From Ostrea edulis (lineage: Eukaryota), in contig NC_079164.1 of assembly GCF_947568905.1 (NCBI RefSeq), forward strand, positions 108,934,001 to 108,998,000: a DNA stretch of 64,000 nucleotides, read 5' to 3'. Position numbers and translations under genes: made by a program. Under the pieces are notes generated by a model, which saw only the letters and a program-made list of their open reading frames with translations, was not told the origin of the DNA and ran no database searches. Of this stretch, positions 51,255-64,000 are shown piece by piece. The number at the start of each line of letters is the position of its first letter. Positions within the stretch are counted from its first letter, which is position 1.

Positions 51255-51800
51255 TATGTCCAGGGGTCCGTGTTGGTTTTACTCTTAATTTTGTATTCTT
51301 TCTAGGAGTTATGAGATTTATCACTGCTAGCTATCTTTCCCTTTTCACTTAGTCAATTTCAAGGAAATATTACAAAGGGAGTACATAGTTTGTACTGATA
51401 ACCCCTCTCATAGTTTTGAAGCTAGGTCCTTTGTAAACAATTTGAAGATGTACATATTGCAAGAATTTTGATTCTCAACAATATTCTAATTCGTTTTATG
51501 TTTGAATGAAAGGTGAAGATAACGAATAGTGATCAATCTCATAACTCCTACAAGCAATACAAAATAGATAGTTGGGCAAACACGGACCCCTGGACATACC
51601 AGAGGTGGGACCAGGTGCTTAGGAGGAGTAAGCATCCCCTGTCGACCAGTCACACCCGCCGTGAGCCCTATATCCTGATCAGGTAAACGGAGTTATTCGC
51701 AGTCAAAAATCAGTGTTCCAAGAACGGCTTAACAATCGGTATGATACACGTCAGAAAGCATTTGACCCAATGATAGGTTGTATTGACGAACTAGATAAAA
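51255..51800. mobile_element. Second tail-to-tail arrangement of Penelope-like ends (51255-51345 +, 51507-51800 -) around a satellite-like spacer
   Basis: CCAGGGGTCCGTGTT...GGAGTTATGAGAT followed by the reverse-complement terminus. Confidence 0.6.
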
Positions 51801-51940
51801 TATAAGTTGTTGAACGTATACAATACTGGGGAAATATTTTACACACAGAACATTCTTGGTTTGTCTATTCACTTCCTGTCAGTTTTTTTAAAAGCTAGAC
51901 CCTTTTATTTATACGATGCGAAATAAAGTATGTCACGGCT

Positions 51941-52034
51941 CAATCTAATTAAAATTAAATCTTTGATCCGCTCATGCAATCGCTTTGTGTAGCGATTGCA
52001 TGAGCAGATCAAAGATCTAATTCTAATTAGATTG
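51941..52034. mobile_element. 94-bp foldback MITE of the CAATCT family (diverged subfamily), 9-bp TSD GTCACGGCT
   Basis: Near-perfect palindrome CAATCTAATT...AATTAGATTG. TSD at 51932-51940 and 52035-52043. Confidence 0.8.
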
Positions 52035-52407
52035 GTCACGGCTTGACGATGGTTCTATGAATATATGTAATTTGTATCGTCATTCTCCTTGTTTACTATC
52101 ATTATACTATTGTATTTACATCTGCTAGATATCTTTGTAAGAATTGGCCGTTTATTTTCAGCTTTGTAATTATTATCCATGTTCAATTTTGGTATAATGC
52201 TATAAGATTTATGTCTTTCGCAATTAAATAAGTAAAGGCCGTTTACTGTACACTTGGTTATATTGTCGCTAGGAGCGGAGTGAGGGGCTGATTTAATCAG
52301 ATTGGACAAAACAACGTCTACATTTCCAAGGAATAGAAGGATTTTCCTCTGTGCTGTCAAACGATAATAATACAGACGCTAAGAAGTGTAGAGGGGAATC
52401 AGAAGGA

Positions 52408-52477
<70 letters not shown>

Positions 52478-53209
52478 ATTGTTAAAATGGCGGCTTATAT
52501 CTTCCTCGTCCGTTTTGACGTTGCTTAGTAGAAAATGAATTATACTAAATATTAAATAACAATGAATCAACCGATTTTGATATTGTTACAAATCAAACAT
52601 TGATGACGAAAATTGCTACTTACTGACTCGTTTGAACCTTCCATATCGCCGTTTGTCTAACTGTGTTTGTTTATCGTCTGAGTAACATACCGCCATTTAA
52701 CCTGATAGTAAAATGCAATATTTAAATTTAGCTACGGGTATTTCCAGTCTAATTCACATATCATTACACACAGTTCAGTTTAAACAGTATGATGAAAACT
52801 TCAGTTTTTTAAAGCTCCGATGAGATTATACAACCTCGCTGGGGTCGATCACGAGCGCAATGAATATATCAGATAAGATAACTTGATGTCGGCATACATT
52901 AACAGTTAATGCACATTGATAAGAAAACTAAACACATATTAGATAATGCACACTAACACAAAGGTATACAAAATCCAAAACTACTGCAGTTATATAAATA
53001 TTCATACACATGTATAGTCAAATGTTCATTGTAAACTCTCTTTGCTTATATCAAAGCAGGATTTTAAGAAACAACAAATCGTTCTTGCAGTTGTAATATT
53101 TGTAGGATTAACAATTTATCTTATTGGATTCACTGCTATCTGCATTGCTTATATTACAAAACAGTAAAAAAAAAAATGATTTTCATAACAATTCACATGA
53201 ACAACATAG

Positions 53210-53860
53210 ATGTTTTTGTTTAGGAATAGGGGGTGGATGGGTGTTAGAATATTTACATGGTTCAATATATATTACAATGGGGGTATAGAATATTTACATG
53301 TTTTAATAAACAATGGGGGGTTTAGAATATCTACATGTTTCAATATACAATGGGGGGTGGGTGTTAGAGTATCTACATGTTTCAATATACAATGGGGGGG
53401 GGGGGGTATTAGAGTATCTACATGTTTTAATAAACAATGGGGGGGTTAGAATATCTACATGTTTCCATATACAATGGGGGGTGGGGGGGTGGGGGGGGTA
53501 GAGTATCTACATGTTTTAATATACAATGGGGGGTTTAGAATATCTACATGTTTCCATATACAATGGGGGGTGGGGGGGGGTAGAGTATCTACATGTTTCA
53601 ATATACAATGGGGGGGGGGGGTAGAGTATCTACATGTTTTAATAAACAATGGGGGGTTTAGAATATCTACATGTTTCCATATACAATGGGGGGTGGGGGG
53701 GGGGTAGAGTATCTACATGTTTTAATAAACAATGGGGGGTTTAGAATATCTACATGTTTCAATATACAATGGGGGGTGGGGGTGGGTGGGGGGGTAGAGT
53801 ATCTACATGTTTCAATATACAATGGGGGGGTATTAGAGTATCTACATGTTTCAATATACA
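53210..53860. repeat. ~35-45-bp minisatellite with variable G-tract (TAGAGTATCTACATGTTTCAATATACAATGGGG)
   Basis: Direct reading. Confidence 0.9.
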
Positions 53861-53959
53861 ATGGATGGACACTGATTCGTATTGTTTTAACACAGGCCTA
53901 TCACAGTTTTTAAAGGTAGTTTTAAATAATGTTGCAGTTTCTATTCATTTTGATTAAAA

Positions 53960-54540
53960 CGTTTGCTATAAGAAGCTAATATTCCAGATTGTATTCATTT
54001 TGATTTACAATTTTGCTATATGAAGCCAATGTTCCAGATTGTATTCATTTACAATTTTGCTATAAGAAGCTAATGTTCCAGATTGTATTCATTTTGATTT
54101 ACAATTTTGCTATAAGAAGCTAATATTCCAGATTGTTTTCATTTTGATTTGCAATTTTTGCTATAAGAAACTAATGTTCCAGATTGTATTCATTTTGATT
54201 TACAATTTTGCTATAAGAAGCTAATGTTCCAGATTGTATTCATTTTGATTTACAATTTTGCTATATGAATCCAATGTTCCAGATTGTATTCATTTTGATT
54301 TACAATTTTGCTATAAGAAGCTAATATTCCAGATTGTATTCATTTTGATTTACAATTTTGCTATAAGAAGCTAACGTTCCAGATTGTATTCATTTTGATT
54401 TACAATTTTGCTATAAGAAGCTAATGTTCCATATTGTATTCATTTTGATTTACAATTTTGCTATAAGAAGCTAACGTTCCAGATTGTATTCATTTTGATT
54501 TACAATTTTGCTATAAGAAGCTAATGTTCCAGATTCTGAT
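53960..54540. repeat. 50-bp tandem repeat x~11
   Basis: Unit CTATAAGAAGCTAATGTTCCAGATTGTATTCATTTTGATTTACAATTTTG. Confidence 0.9.
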
Positions 54541-54889
54541 TTACATATATTTTAGTTGTCTGTGTTTCTTGACTTGATGTTACGCTTGTGATTTGATTTT
54601 CAGGGTTATATGAGAAACATCCAAAGAAGTGAATTTCAGTTTTTGTAGCAATGAAGAGTTTTCTTTGCCAGTATACTCTAAATACTGCATTGTGTACACA
54701 ATATTGTAATTTCAGAGACACATTCATATAACACATTATAAATGTCTCTGGTAATTTTAATGGTTTCATAGTTCTAACGAGAAACCCCTTACAGAACACC
54801 CGTGTGAATATCCCTACACTATCTTGCGAGGGAAGGTCTAACTCTACGGAGCCTCTGTTGCATTTGTTTTGTGTCCAAGGCTTAAAGAA

Positions 54890-55170
54890 GACGCTACGAG
54901 GAACAACACTGTCGGCAACCTACAGTTCACTACTGCGAGGAACAACACTGTCGGCAACCTACGGTTCACTACTGCGAGGAACAGCACTGTCGGCAACCTA
55001 CAGTTCACTACTACGAGGAACAGCACTGTCGGCAACCTACGGTTCACTACTGCGAGGAACAACACTGTCGGCAACCTACAGTTCACTACTGCGAGGAACA
55101 GCACTGTCGGCAGCCTACGGTTCACTACTGCGAGGAACAGCACTGTCGGCAACCTACGGTTCACTACGCA
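54890..55170. repeat. 39-bp tandem repeat x~7
   Basis: Unit GAACAGCACTGTCGGCAACCTACGGTTCACTACTGCGAG. Confidence 0.9.
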
Positions 55171-55813
55171 ACCTTTGTTGATTGATCACAAATAGCTTCA
55201 TCAAAATCTACAAGGCGTCTCTGATGATGGAGGAACAAGAAAAGGCGTTTGTATCATTGTATTATTGTTAGCGATCTTGTCCGTTACGAAAGAAATATTC
55301 ACGGTGAAGGGATTGTTGAGAAAGGTAACGATGATATTTTCAGTCATGTAACACGCACCTGCCTTGTTTAAAACAGTGATGATCCGACCTTATATTACAC
55401 CAAACACTTTCACCTTTGCGTGAAATCTACTGATATGAACCGAGATCTTGTCGATTCGTCATACATCCGTGATATGCAGATCTTGCACATTACAAAAAAA
55501 AAACTTGTCCAGGTATTGTATCATCATCTGTTAACATGGTCTGTGTAGCCATTGAACATGTCATTACCCACTGAAAACCGGAAGAGACAGTGGAAGTGCA
55601 CTAGTATATAATGAGCGACATGTAAAGAGAACAGTACCGTGCAGAATTTCGTGGATTCTTTGTCCTAGGTCGCAAAGCAGAAAGCGAGTGAGTAGTAAAA
55701 GAAGAAATATTCAATATATGATTTTTGGATGACAAATTACTTTTATATGTTCTTAATAGAATTTGAAGTTCTGTGAATTTATTAATAACAGTATTTTTAC
55801 TTTTTAGTTGACC

Positions 55814-57089
55814 ATGTCTGTGTTTGGTATATTTGCCTTTCTGTGCTTTGCTGGAGCCAATGGGTTTGGATTACGTAAGTTTATCATACAATCTTTGCCA
55901 ATCAATGGTTGTTCTCTTTACTAATGAAATAATTAGCAGAGTAATCAAAAGTATGTATAAGAAGAATACGTAATTTTTATTGCCTTTTAAAATCTTATAG
56001 AAAATACTGCTTTTAACTGCCGAATTACTCAAGAACGATAAAAATTCTTTTAAAATGCGAACAAAGTCGGGTATATTTGAACAATCGCTTTCTCATTTCA
56101 TACTTTAATTGAATTTTCAGGTCCAATCGGTCAACAGAGCCCAACAACTGAAGTTAAATCTCTAAACGGGGACACTGTCATGAAATCTGGACCTCCGATC
56201 AGCAATCCTCACCAATCTGGTCAGAATCAAAATCAGTTCGTGGCGGATCCAACCATATTTAATCCTCAAAAATCCAGACCCAATTCAATGATGAATACAA
56301 TGATTGCCATGATGAACAATGTGAATAAAATGGGACAACAAGCGTCTGTAGCCGATATTCCAAATATGGTAATGATGGTGAACATGATGAATAATTTGCC
56401 TAATATGGCGAATGCAAAGGGAGATAAAACAGCCTTTGTGGATATGATGAACGCGTTGTCATCGGCGACAGAGATAATGGCGAAAATGCAGGGCAATGCG
56501 AAAATGAATAAAGCCCAAAAATCTAATGTACAATCACCAAGTGAAATGATGGATCCACCTCCATCAATGATGGAGATGATGACTAATATGCCTGCTATGA
56601 CCAATAAGATGACTGATATACCTACCGTGAGAAATATGAGGAATAATATTCCATCCATGGGAGATTCTTGGACGCCGACTGCTGCTAATGCGATGATGCA
56701 AACGGAGCCAATGTCTGGATACTGGAGAAATCCAGGACCTTCAGCGATGAATATGATGGATACCAGTCGACAGCGACGTAGTAAGTCAATTAATTATCTA
56801 ACATTTGTACTTTTCAACATGTTCGTTATATGAAAATGTTTAGATTTGTGCTGATTAATTTGTACAGAAATTACATATACAAAATTCATCCGTAAAGTGT
56901 AGCTATGTAAAATTTGAGTGATCCACACGCGAATAACAAAACTGATGATAGTGAACATTTGAATATAAGACAAACATTATACGCTCATAGAAATGACAAC
57001 TCTTTTTGACGGGTTAGTTTTTTTATTTCCTACATATGTCTCGATACAAATTAACGAATACCAATATTTGTTTTGTTTCAGGATATTAA
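55814..57089 (+). CDS. Secreted Met/Asn/Pro-rich low-complexity protein, ~242 aa (candidate shell-matrix or mucus protein); exons 55814-55874, 56121-56780, 57082-57089
   Basis: Signal-peptide exon MSVFGIFAFLCFAGANGFGL C|gtaagt joins ttttcag|GT CCA in frame with ORF 56180-56833. Donor A|gtaagt at 56781 joins ttttgtttcag|GA TAT TAA, so the protein ends RQRRRY. A possible 5' UTR donor gtgagt lies at ~55689. Confidence 0.8.
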
Positions 57090-58529
57090 GACGCTAGAAA
57101 TTTTGTACGTAAAGGTAATATTTAGCAATTGGAAAATAATCTGGGTTTTAAATCAAAGAAATAAAATATTATCTTTAGTGTCTGTTTTCTCTTTTATAAA
57201 TATAAATTCGATACAAGGTCCGGTCAGCCTAGTCTCGTATATTCCGTTACGCTACTCATCGAGCCATTTATTTTTTCCTTCCTTCGGTGTCCAATTATTT
57301 TTAAATTTACTAGATGAAACCTTGCGCTTGCGGGAAATCACAATTAAATAATATTGCAGAGGAAGGACTTTTTAATGCGTGTTTCATTTGTTGCGCACAT
57401 TAATTTAATGAACGATATCTTTAATTCAAATGAATTTAAGAGAAATATTTTAAAAAATTGCGTGCATTAGTTATGTTATATTTATTGATATCATATACAG
57501 TAAAGAAAACTTAATTATTAGGAAGTCACTTGGAGCTCCAAATTTTAAATGTTCTTTGTGTAATATAAATGATCTCTCTCCGTATTGAAAATTAGATACC
57601 GATTTTACGAATGCAATCGTAATCCGTCAAGCCGAATAGTTGACCAAAGACAATATGAACAGCTGTTCATGATATCAATATTTGAAACTCAGTATTGCGA
57701 CTGCGTTTATAATGGTAGTTTTTGTCCAGTACGGCAATTTAAGGGCAAAGTTATGAATAAACGTCATTTCTTCTCATCAAACGCCATAATCGAAAACGTA
57801 ATGTACTATATGAATGACAAACAAAAAATGCTATATTGCAAACAGTGGCCTGATTTCTTGGACATTGTCAGGAAGTAAACAACCTAATTTCGGTAAAATG
57901 TTTTAAGGAGTTTTAAGGCGCAAACTTCCCAGAACAGTCCCGCACCATTCGATATCTGATATATTGGATAGTTTTCGACTTATTACTTACTTTCAAGAAC
58001 AGTGTCATTACAAAACATGTTCAACTAAAATTAAAAAAAAAACAAAAACTTTTGTGTTTGTACATATCAGTAACTGTTAACAAACTATTACAAAAAGTCG
58101 TAACAATGACTTCTATAATCACGGGAAAAAATAAGAACATTGAAAATATCAGATGAATATCGTATTTAAAAATTCATCGATGTGTCAGATCGTTGGTCTC
58201 GGGAGAGGGTATTCTTCGATGAATGAGATATAAGTAAAATAATTATAAAATGATAAATATGGGTTAAGTCAAAACTATTATAACTATAATTAAACACCTA
58301 CTTTCTCGACTTACCGGATAGGCCCGAGAATGTGCGATTGGTATGACGTTGCCTCGCTTCGTTCTGGAAATTAGACTGAAATCACAGATGGAAGAAATGA
58401 ACAGGCATATTTTATTTATTCAACAATTATCAAAACTTGTTTTTTTCTGTAAGAATAAAATCAAACATCGATAAACAATGAATTCATTTCATATCGTATT
58501 ACAGACCCTGAAGCGTACTACTACACCAC

Positions 58530-58750
58530 TTGCACGGAACGAAACGAAACGATTCTTGCACGGAACGCTGAACGCTCTGCACGGAACGAAACGATTCTTG
58601 CACGGAACGGTGAACGGTTTGCACGGAACGATTTGCACGAAACGCTTCCCATTTCCTGAACGGTCTGTACGATTTGCACGAAACGGTAGGCGTGGCTAGC
58701 AAGCTTTGTAAATGATTGTGAATGGTTTACATGAAACGGTAGGCGTGGCC
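58530..58750. repeat. Degenerate GCACGGAACG repeat array
   Basis: Recurrent TGCACGGAACG / GAAACG units. Confidence 0.7.
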
Positions 58751-59947
58751 TGCACGCTTTAATTATGACTAAACAGTTGATAATAATGACTAATAAAATT
58801 AAGCACTAAAATTTTACATTTATTAGGTTTTGGTCATTTTTGGGAGGAAGTGAAAATGATTTTTTTAATTCGTATACAATAATTGACGGAAGTATGCGTG
58901 AAAAAAACCCCAAAAACATACAAACAAACAAAATATGTGATTTATCGAACTCCAGTAAATGTGCTTTGTATCAACATTTTATTGATAATATTGATGTTCG
59001 ATTATTGATTGACAAAACAGATATTAATCATGTATATACGTGAGCAAAGAATAAAAATTTTATCACCTAAACAAATAAAAATTAAAAATATCTTTACTTT
59101 TAAACAACCCTTTAGAAAACTCCGAACTTTCATTAAGAAAATAATAAAATAAAATGTGCTCCTCTACATAGAATGCCCATACTTCTTATTAATAATAACA
59201 CGATTTTTTCTAACTTGATAAATACTTTATTACACGCATGTATTATATATATAACAGCTTTTTGTCTTTATATTTTGTATACCATTGCATAATGGTGATG
59301 AGATCCAATAAATTGAATTGAGTACATGTACTCTTGAAATATCACAAAGTATACAGTTGACAACGATTGAAATAAAAATGCAGACGTTTTCTTCTTTATT
59401 CAGTGACTCACGAACTTGCTCGTCTTCTGAATGAAAGTTGTAAAACAAACGTACTAGGTTTTGGTCAATTATAACATAATACGGGGATAAAATTCATCTC
59501 ATATCCGCTAGCAATGGGTTTTGAGTCAACTGTGCCTTCGTGGACGAGTAATCTTGGCAAGCGAAGATGGAAAAAAAATGCCTAGATAGTCCGCTTGCAT
59601 AAACATGTATTATGAAGGTTAAATCGAAAAATTATCCAGTAAATTCAATGATGTTGTAGTATATATAGCTTGTATTTATTTTATTTTTGACTGAGAGGGA
59701 GATAGACAGCTAAGCACGTAACATCGTTTTAGAAAGGGGGGGGGGGGCTCATTCATTAGTCCTAACCCGTGCCAGCGGAAAAATTTAATGTGTAAAGAAA
59801 ACAATATGGGAAATTAAAAAAAATATCACAATGAAAGGGGATGGATAATTAATCAGAAAGAAATTGTACTTTCAAGATTTATACTGAAAGTATTAAACTT
59901 CCAGTATCTGCATACATTCATGAATATTATAATCAATGATTACCAAT

Positions 59948-59995
<48 letters not shown>

Positions 59996-61429
59996 TCTAA
60001 TGCATCTAAATTTTAAATGCTTTCATATAGCAATTAAAGATTTTGATAATCGATAGCGTATATGAATAAAAGCAAATAATCGTTAAGTCATTTATGTTTA
60101 TATTGGTATTAGTCTTTTTTCATGAACTAGTTGCATTTGACACCGAGGTTTTACATCCTTAAATATTGATTACAGGCACGTAGAATCGGAGAGGGTGTAA
60201 TGTGAAAGCTAGGGATTTAGTCTTGTAGCAACCTACCCACTGCGCGATTTAAGAAATTGAAATCGGAAGGGGAAATTGAGACAGTTTCAGACTACTACCC
60301 CCCCCCCCCCCCCCCTCCCCAACACACACACATGAACAGGTTTTCGTAATCGGACAATTTAAGCACCATTTTGTGTTGTTATCTTAATATTTCTTGTCAA
60401 GAATTTTACCCAACTTAACCGGCAACATACCCCTTCTGGTACAATGAAAAATATAAGTAATGTTAGCACGGGGCTCTATAAAGTTCAATCTGCAGTTTGG
60501 TCATACTTCGTCATTCAATAACTTATTTTAAAAAAATAAAAAAAATGTTTGTCGGGTTAGCGGTACTAGTAGTAGTTAACCCATATAATATTGTTGGTTA
60601 TGTGCAGTTGTACCATAGTTTGGCGTGCTTTCTTTTGTTAAAAGTGTGGGTTATCTGTACATAACCCACACTTTTCTTCAAACCCCGCCCACATTCTCGA
60701 GAGAAAAAATCACTGTCCACAGTATGAAGTTCCTCCAGATCAAAATTGCACATAACTGACTCAGACTAAGTTCTCCAAATACATTATAGATATTCGCACT
60801 GAATCTCACTTAAACCTTGATACAAGATAATATCGTCAATGGTTTCGTCCCAAAGACTTTCTATTTCCATATTCTCCTCAAGTCGAGAAACACGTGTACG
60901 TAGAAATACGGGTATCATTTATAAAGAGTTTTATAAAAGACCCAGTCACGTGATAAGAACGCGTTTAATTAATTTTATGATATTTACTAATAAAATAAGA
61001 TTCTATTATAGCTTACGGAGTTCACCTCACATATGAAACACTATCAAAGGTGCAAACAGTAACTCTGGAGAAAGCGTTTCGGATTTTATTGGCAAAAATT
61101 GTTAATTTATAAATATAGATTATTTTTGAAATTTTCAACAATATTGAAAGATGATTCATTCTCAGACTCTTTTTCGAAAATAAAAATAATAATCATAAAA
61201 TATTCCCGCAGACGCATCCTAAATTCCCATGTTTACTATGATAAATACGACTGAAGAAGACCGGTAACACGGTCGAAATATTTCAAGANNNNNNNNNNNN
61301 NNNNNNNNNNNNNNNNNNNNNNNNNNNNNNNNNNNNNNNNNNNNNNNNNNNNNNNNNNNNNNNNNNNNNNNNNNNNNNNNNNNNNNNNNNNNNNNNNNNN
61401 NNNNNNNNNNNNNNNNNNNNNNCGAATTT

Positions 61430-61880
61430 TGATTTGTATGCGATGAATCTTGATTTATATTCAATAATCTTGTTATCGAATATAAATCAAAATTCATCTA
61501 ATATATTTAAATAACAAGATTATCGAATATATAACAAATTTTATTGCATAGATATAAGTATCAAGATTATCGAATATACATAAAAATATTCATATATAAA
61601 TATCAACAACAACAGCCAAAAAATCTCAAAATTATGGAATATACATAAAAAAAATTCACATATATGAATATAAAAATTATCGAATATATAAATAATATAA
61701 ATCAAGATTTTTGCATATAAAAAGCAAGAGTATGGAATAGTAATCAAGATTTTCGCATATAGTTAGCAAGATTATCTAATATAAATTCAGATTTCCCATA
61801 TAAATAGCAGGATTATCGAATATATATCAAGATTTTCGCATGTAGACAGCAGGATTTTCGCATAGAAATCAAGATTTGTT
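61430..61880. repeat. Degenerate CAAGATTATCGAATATA repeat array beside a gap
   Basis: Recurrent motif. Confidence 0.65.
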
Positions 61881-62384
61881 CATTAATGTACCGTGTATCC
61901 CCATACAAAGTTAACGTTGGCGATATCAACATTTTAATGTCTATAGATTTTGAATTTGGAAGGTCTTCGGGATCCCTTTAAGGTGAATTTCTTACGTTTA
62001 TTGTCTATAAAGTAATGATTTCCGAACTGACAATGATTCACCAGGATTAGTGAGGTGAGTTTCACGTAGTAAGTTCTCAACATATTTGAATTTAGCCTAA
62101 AACATCAGACAGTTCCGGGAACCAGCCGCAGACGCTACGTCGTTTTTAACATAACACGACAGCAATCGACTTTTTGAAAGTGCAAAATGACTGCAGAAAT
62201 AAAAGAGACATACTCTAAATCGTGGTAGGTGCTCGATGGATATTTGGACTAGCATCTCTTTCGAATTTCAGACCACTATCACACAAATCTTGCCTGAACT
62301 TCCGCCACTTGTGGAGATAAAAATGGGTTAAACTGAATTTTTCGCGCGCTTCAATTTTTTGCCTTAGATATCCTATTATGATTT

Positions 62385-62645
62385 GATTGAATGATTTTAT
62401 ATTGTTTAAGGTCCCGATCGAAAAATTTTCACGCCTATGGAGACGTCACCATTGCCGGTGAAGGGCTGCAAAGACGGGCATATGATTGGCACTTACGGCC
62501 TTTGAGCAAGGAGGGATCTTTATCGTGCCACACCTGTTATGACATGGGGCTTCAGTTTTTGAGGTCTCATCGAAGGACTATCCCATTTAGTCACCTCTTA
62601 CGACAAGCAAGGGGTACTGAGGACCTAATCTAACTCGGATCCCTA
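62385..62645 (-). mobile_element. Truncated SINE, same family as 29179-29453
   Basis: Collinear similarity to the 29.2-kb copy. Confidence 0.7.
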
Positions 62646-62649
62646 TCAC

Positions 62650-63365
62650 TATGAAAGGCAAAGATATCTCATAATTCCTATCAGCAATACAAAACGGAGA
62701 GTTGGGTAAACACGGATCACTGGATATACCAGAGGTGGGATCAGGTGCCTAGAAGGATTAATCATCCCTATCGACCAGTCACGCCTGCCGTAAGCTCTAT
62801 ATCTTGATGAGGTAAACGGAGTTATCCGTAGGCAAAATCGGTGTGCCAAGAACGGCCTAACAATCGGTATGAAACACGTCAGACAGCATTTGACCCAATG
62901 ATCGGTCGTATAGGCAAACTAGATCGTATTAACGACCATAGAATTTGCGAAATGCTGACTTTCAACGAAACTGTTGAAACCCCTGTACCATCAACTTGTT
63001 TGTCATTAGCCTGCCTCAATTAAAAAAGAATGACCATACGCAGAACAAGCTCTTGCATATAGAATCAGTTGAGATATATAAACACCATATGCAGGTGATA
63101 ATGGAATATTGCTGCATAAATATGGGAAGTTAACGATGGAGAAGCTGAAATCATCCCGTTTGTCATACAGTTGAGTTGTCAGTTTGCCGTTAATGTCTAC
63201 TTTCAATAAAATATCTAAGTATGAAGCAGAAGTTGACGACTGAGGTGTCTTTTATTTCGAGTTCACAGGGATATATCGAATCGACATATGAATGAAAATT
63301 ATCATTGTTAATAGATGATACGTTGTCGATATACTTAAATGTCGAATTGAAGGTCACAGCAAGAT
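62650..63365 (-). mobile_element. Penelope-like RT 3' fragment (longest copy)
   Basis: ORFs 63006-63206 (YDKRDDFSFSIVNFPYLCSNIP) and 63190-63408 (FKYIDNVSSINNDNFHSYVDSIYP, a degenerate RYIDD). Confidence 0.8.
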
Positions 63366-63389
63366 ATTTTTTCTTGCATTTTGTACCTC

Positions 63390-63960
63390 TACATACTGTA
63401 AATCTCACAGTAAATCAAGTTGGTATCAACCTATCTTGGAACCATCACATTGATAGTGTTTGTAAGAAAGCAAACAACACCACTGCCTTCTTATGGAGAA
63501 ATATGTCATCTTGTCCAACCAACATCATATGGACAAATGTTACAAGACGTTGGTCAGACCCCAGATGGAATATACATCCACTGTTTGGGACCCTGACACT
63601 AAGAAGAATATCAAGAAGCGGCGCGTGACAAACAACTACAACACCACCTGCTGTGTCACAGCGTTGGTTGACAGGCTAAAGTGGAGAGCTTACACCAACG
63701 AAGTGTCCGAGCAAAGATCATCATGATGTACCTGGTTGTTCATTCCCTAATTGGTATGACATTGACTCCCCAACTCATTCAAACAGGAGCAGCCACATGG
63801 GGACATTAACACGGATACAGGATCCCATTCTGCTGTACCACCATCTTCAAGGAATCACTCTTTCCTATTACCATCAGGATATGGAACCAGCTGCCACAAG
63901 ATACAGTCATGGCCACAACCCTGGAGTCCTTTAAGACCAGGATCCAGGGATTTGTAACAC
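63390..63960 (+). mobile_element. 3' end of a CR1/L2-group or RTEX LINE RT
   Basis: LSWNHHIDSVCKKAN...TLVRPQMEYTSTVWDP across frameshifts. Confidence 0.7.
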
Positions 63961-64000
63961 CATAGTAAAGAAGCAGTGCATGATTTTATCAGCTTTTAAA

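Noticed and set aside
56266-56658. 130-aa hydrophobic minus-strand ORF resembling a membrane protein
   Set aside because: Antisense shadow of the ATG/AAT-rich exon of the Met-rich protein.

Overview
Eukaryotic, AT-rich and intron-containing animal DNA; the gene and repeat content suggest a bivalve, probably an oyster (inference). I reconstructed seven spliced protein-coding gene models by hand. Four are recognisable: SIRT4 (-, 3 exons), NIF3L1 (+, 6 exons, head-to-head with SIRT4), a BTB/POZ KCTD-family gene (-) and a PRODH2-like proline/hydroxyproline dehydrogenase (+, 9 exons). Three are uncharacterised. The first is a >=1012-aa 5-exon protein (-, 44559-48035) fusing an N-terminal STAND-type (nSTAND3-like) P-loop NTPase to a C-terminal trypsin-fold protease with an apparent His/Asp/Ser triad; it is fragmented in the ORF track and the Walker A motif lies outside the listed ORFs. 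The second is a 68-aa two-exon secreted prepropeptide with one Cys pair and dibasic sites (+, 1595-5724). The third is a ~242-aa secreted Met/Asn/Pro-rich protein (+, 55814-57089). The rest is transposon debris: Penelope-like RT 3' ends, SINEs, TTAA-flanked and 9-bp-TSD MITEs, LINE ORF1 and RT remnants. There are also many mini- and microsatellites and three N-gaps. No CRISPR array, rRNA or convincing functional tRNA gene was found.
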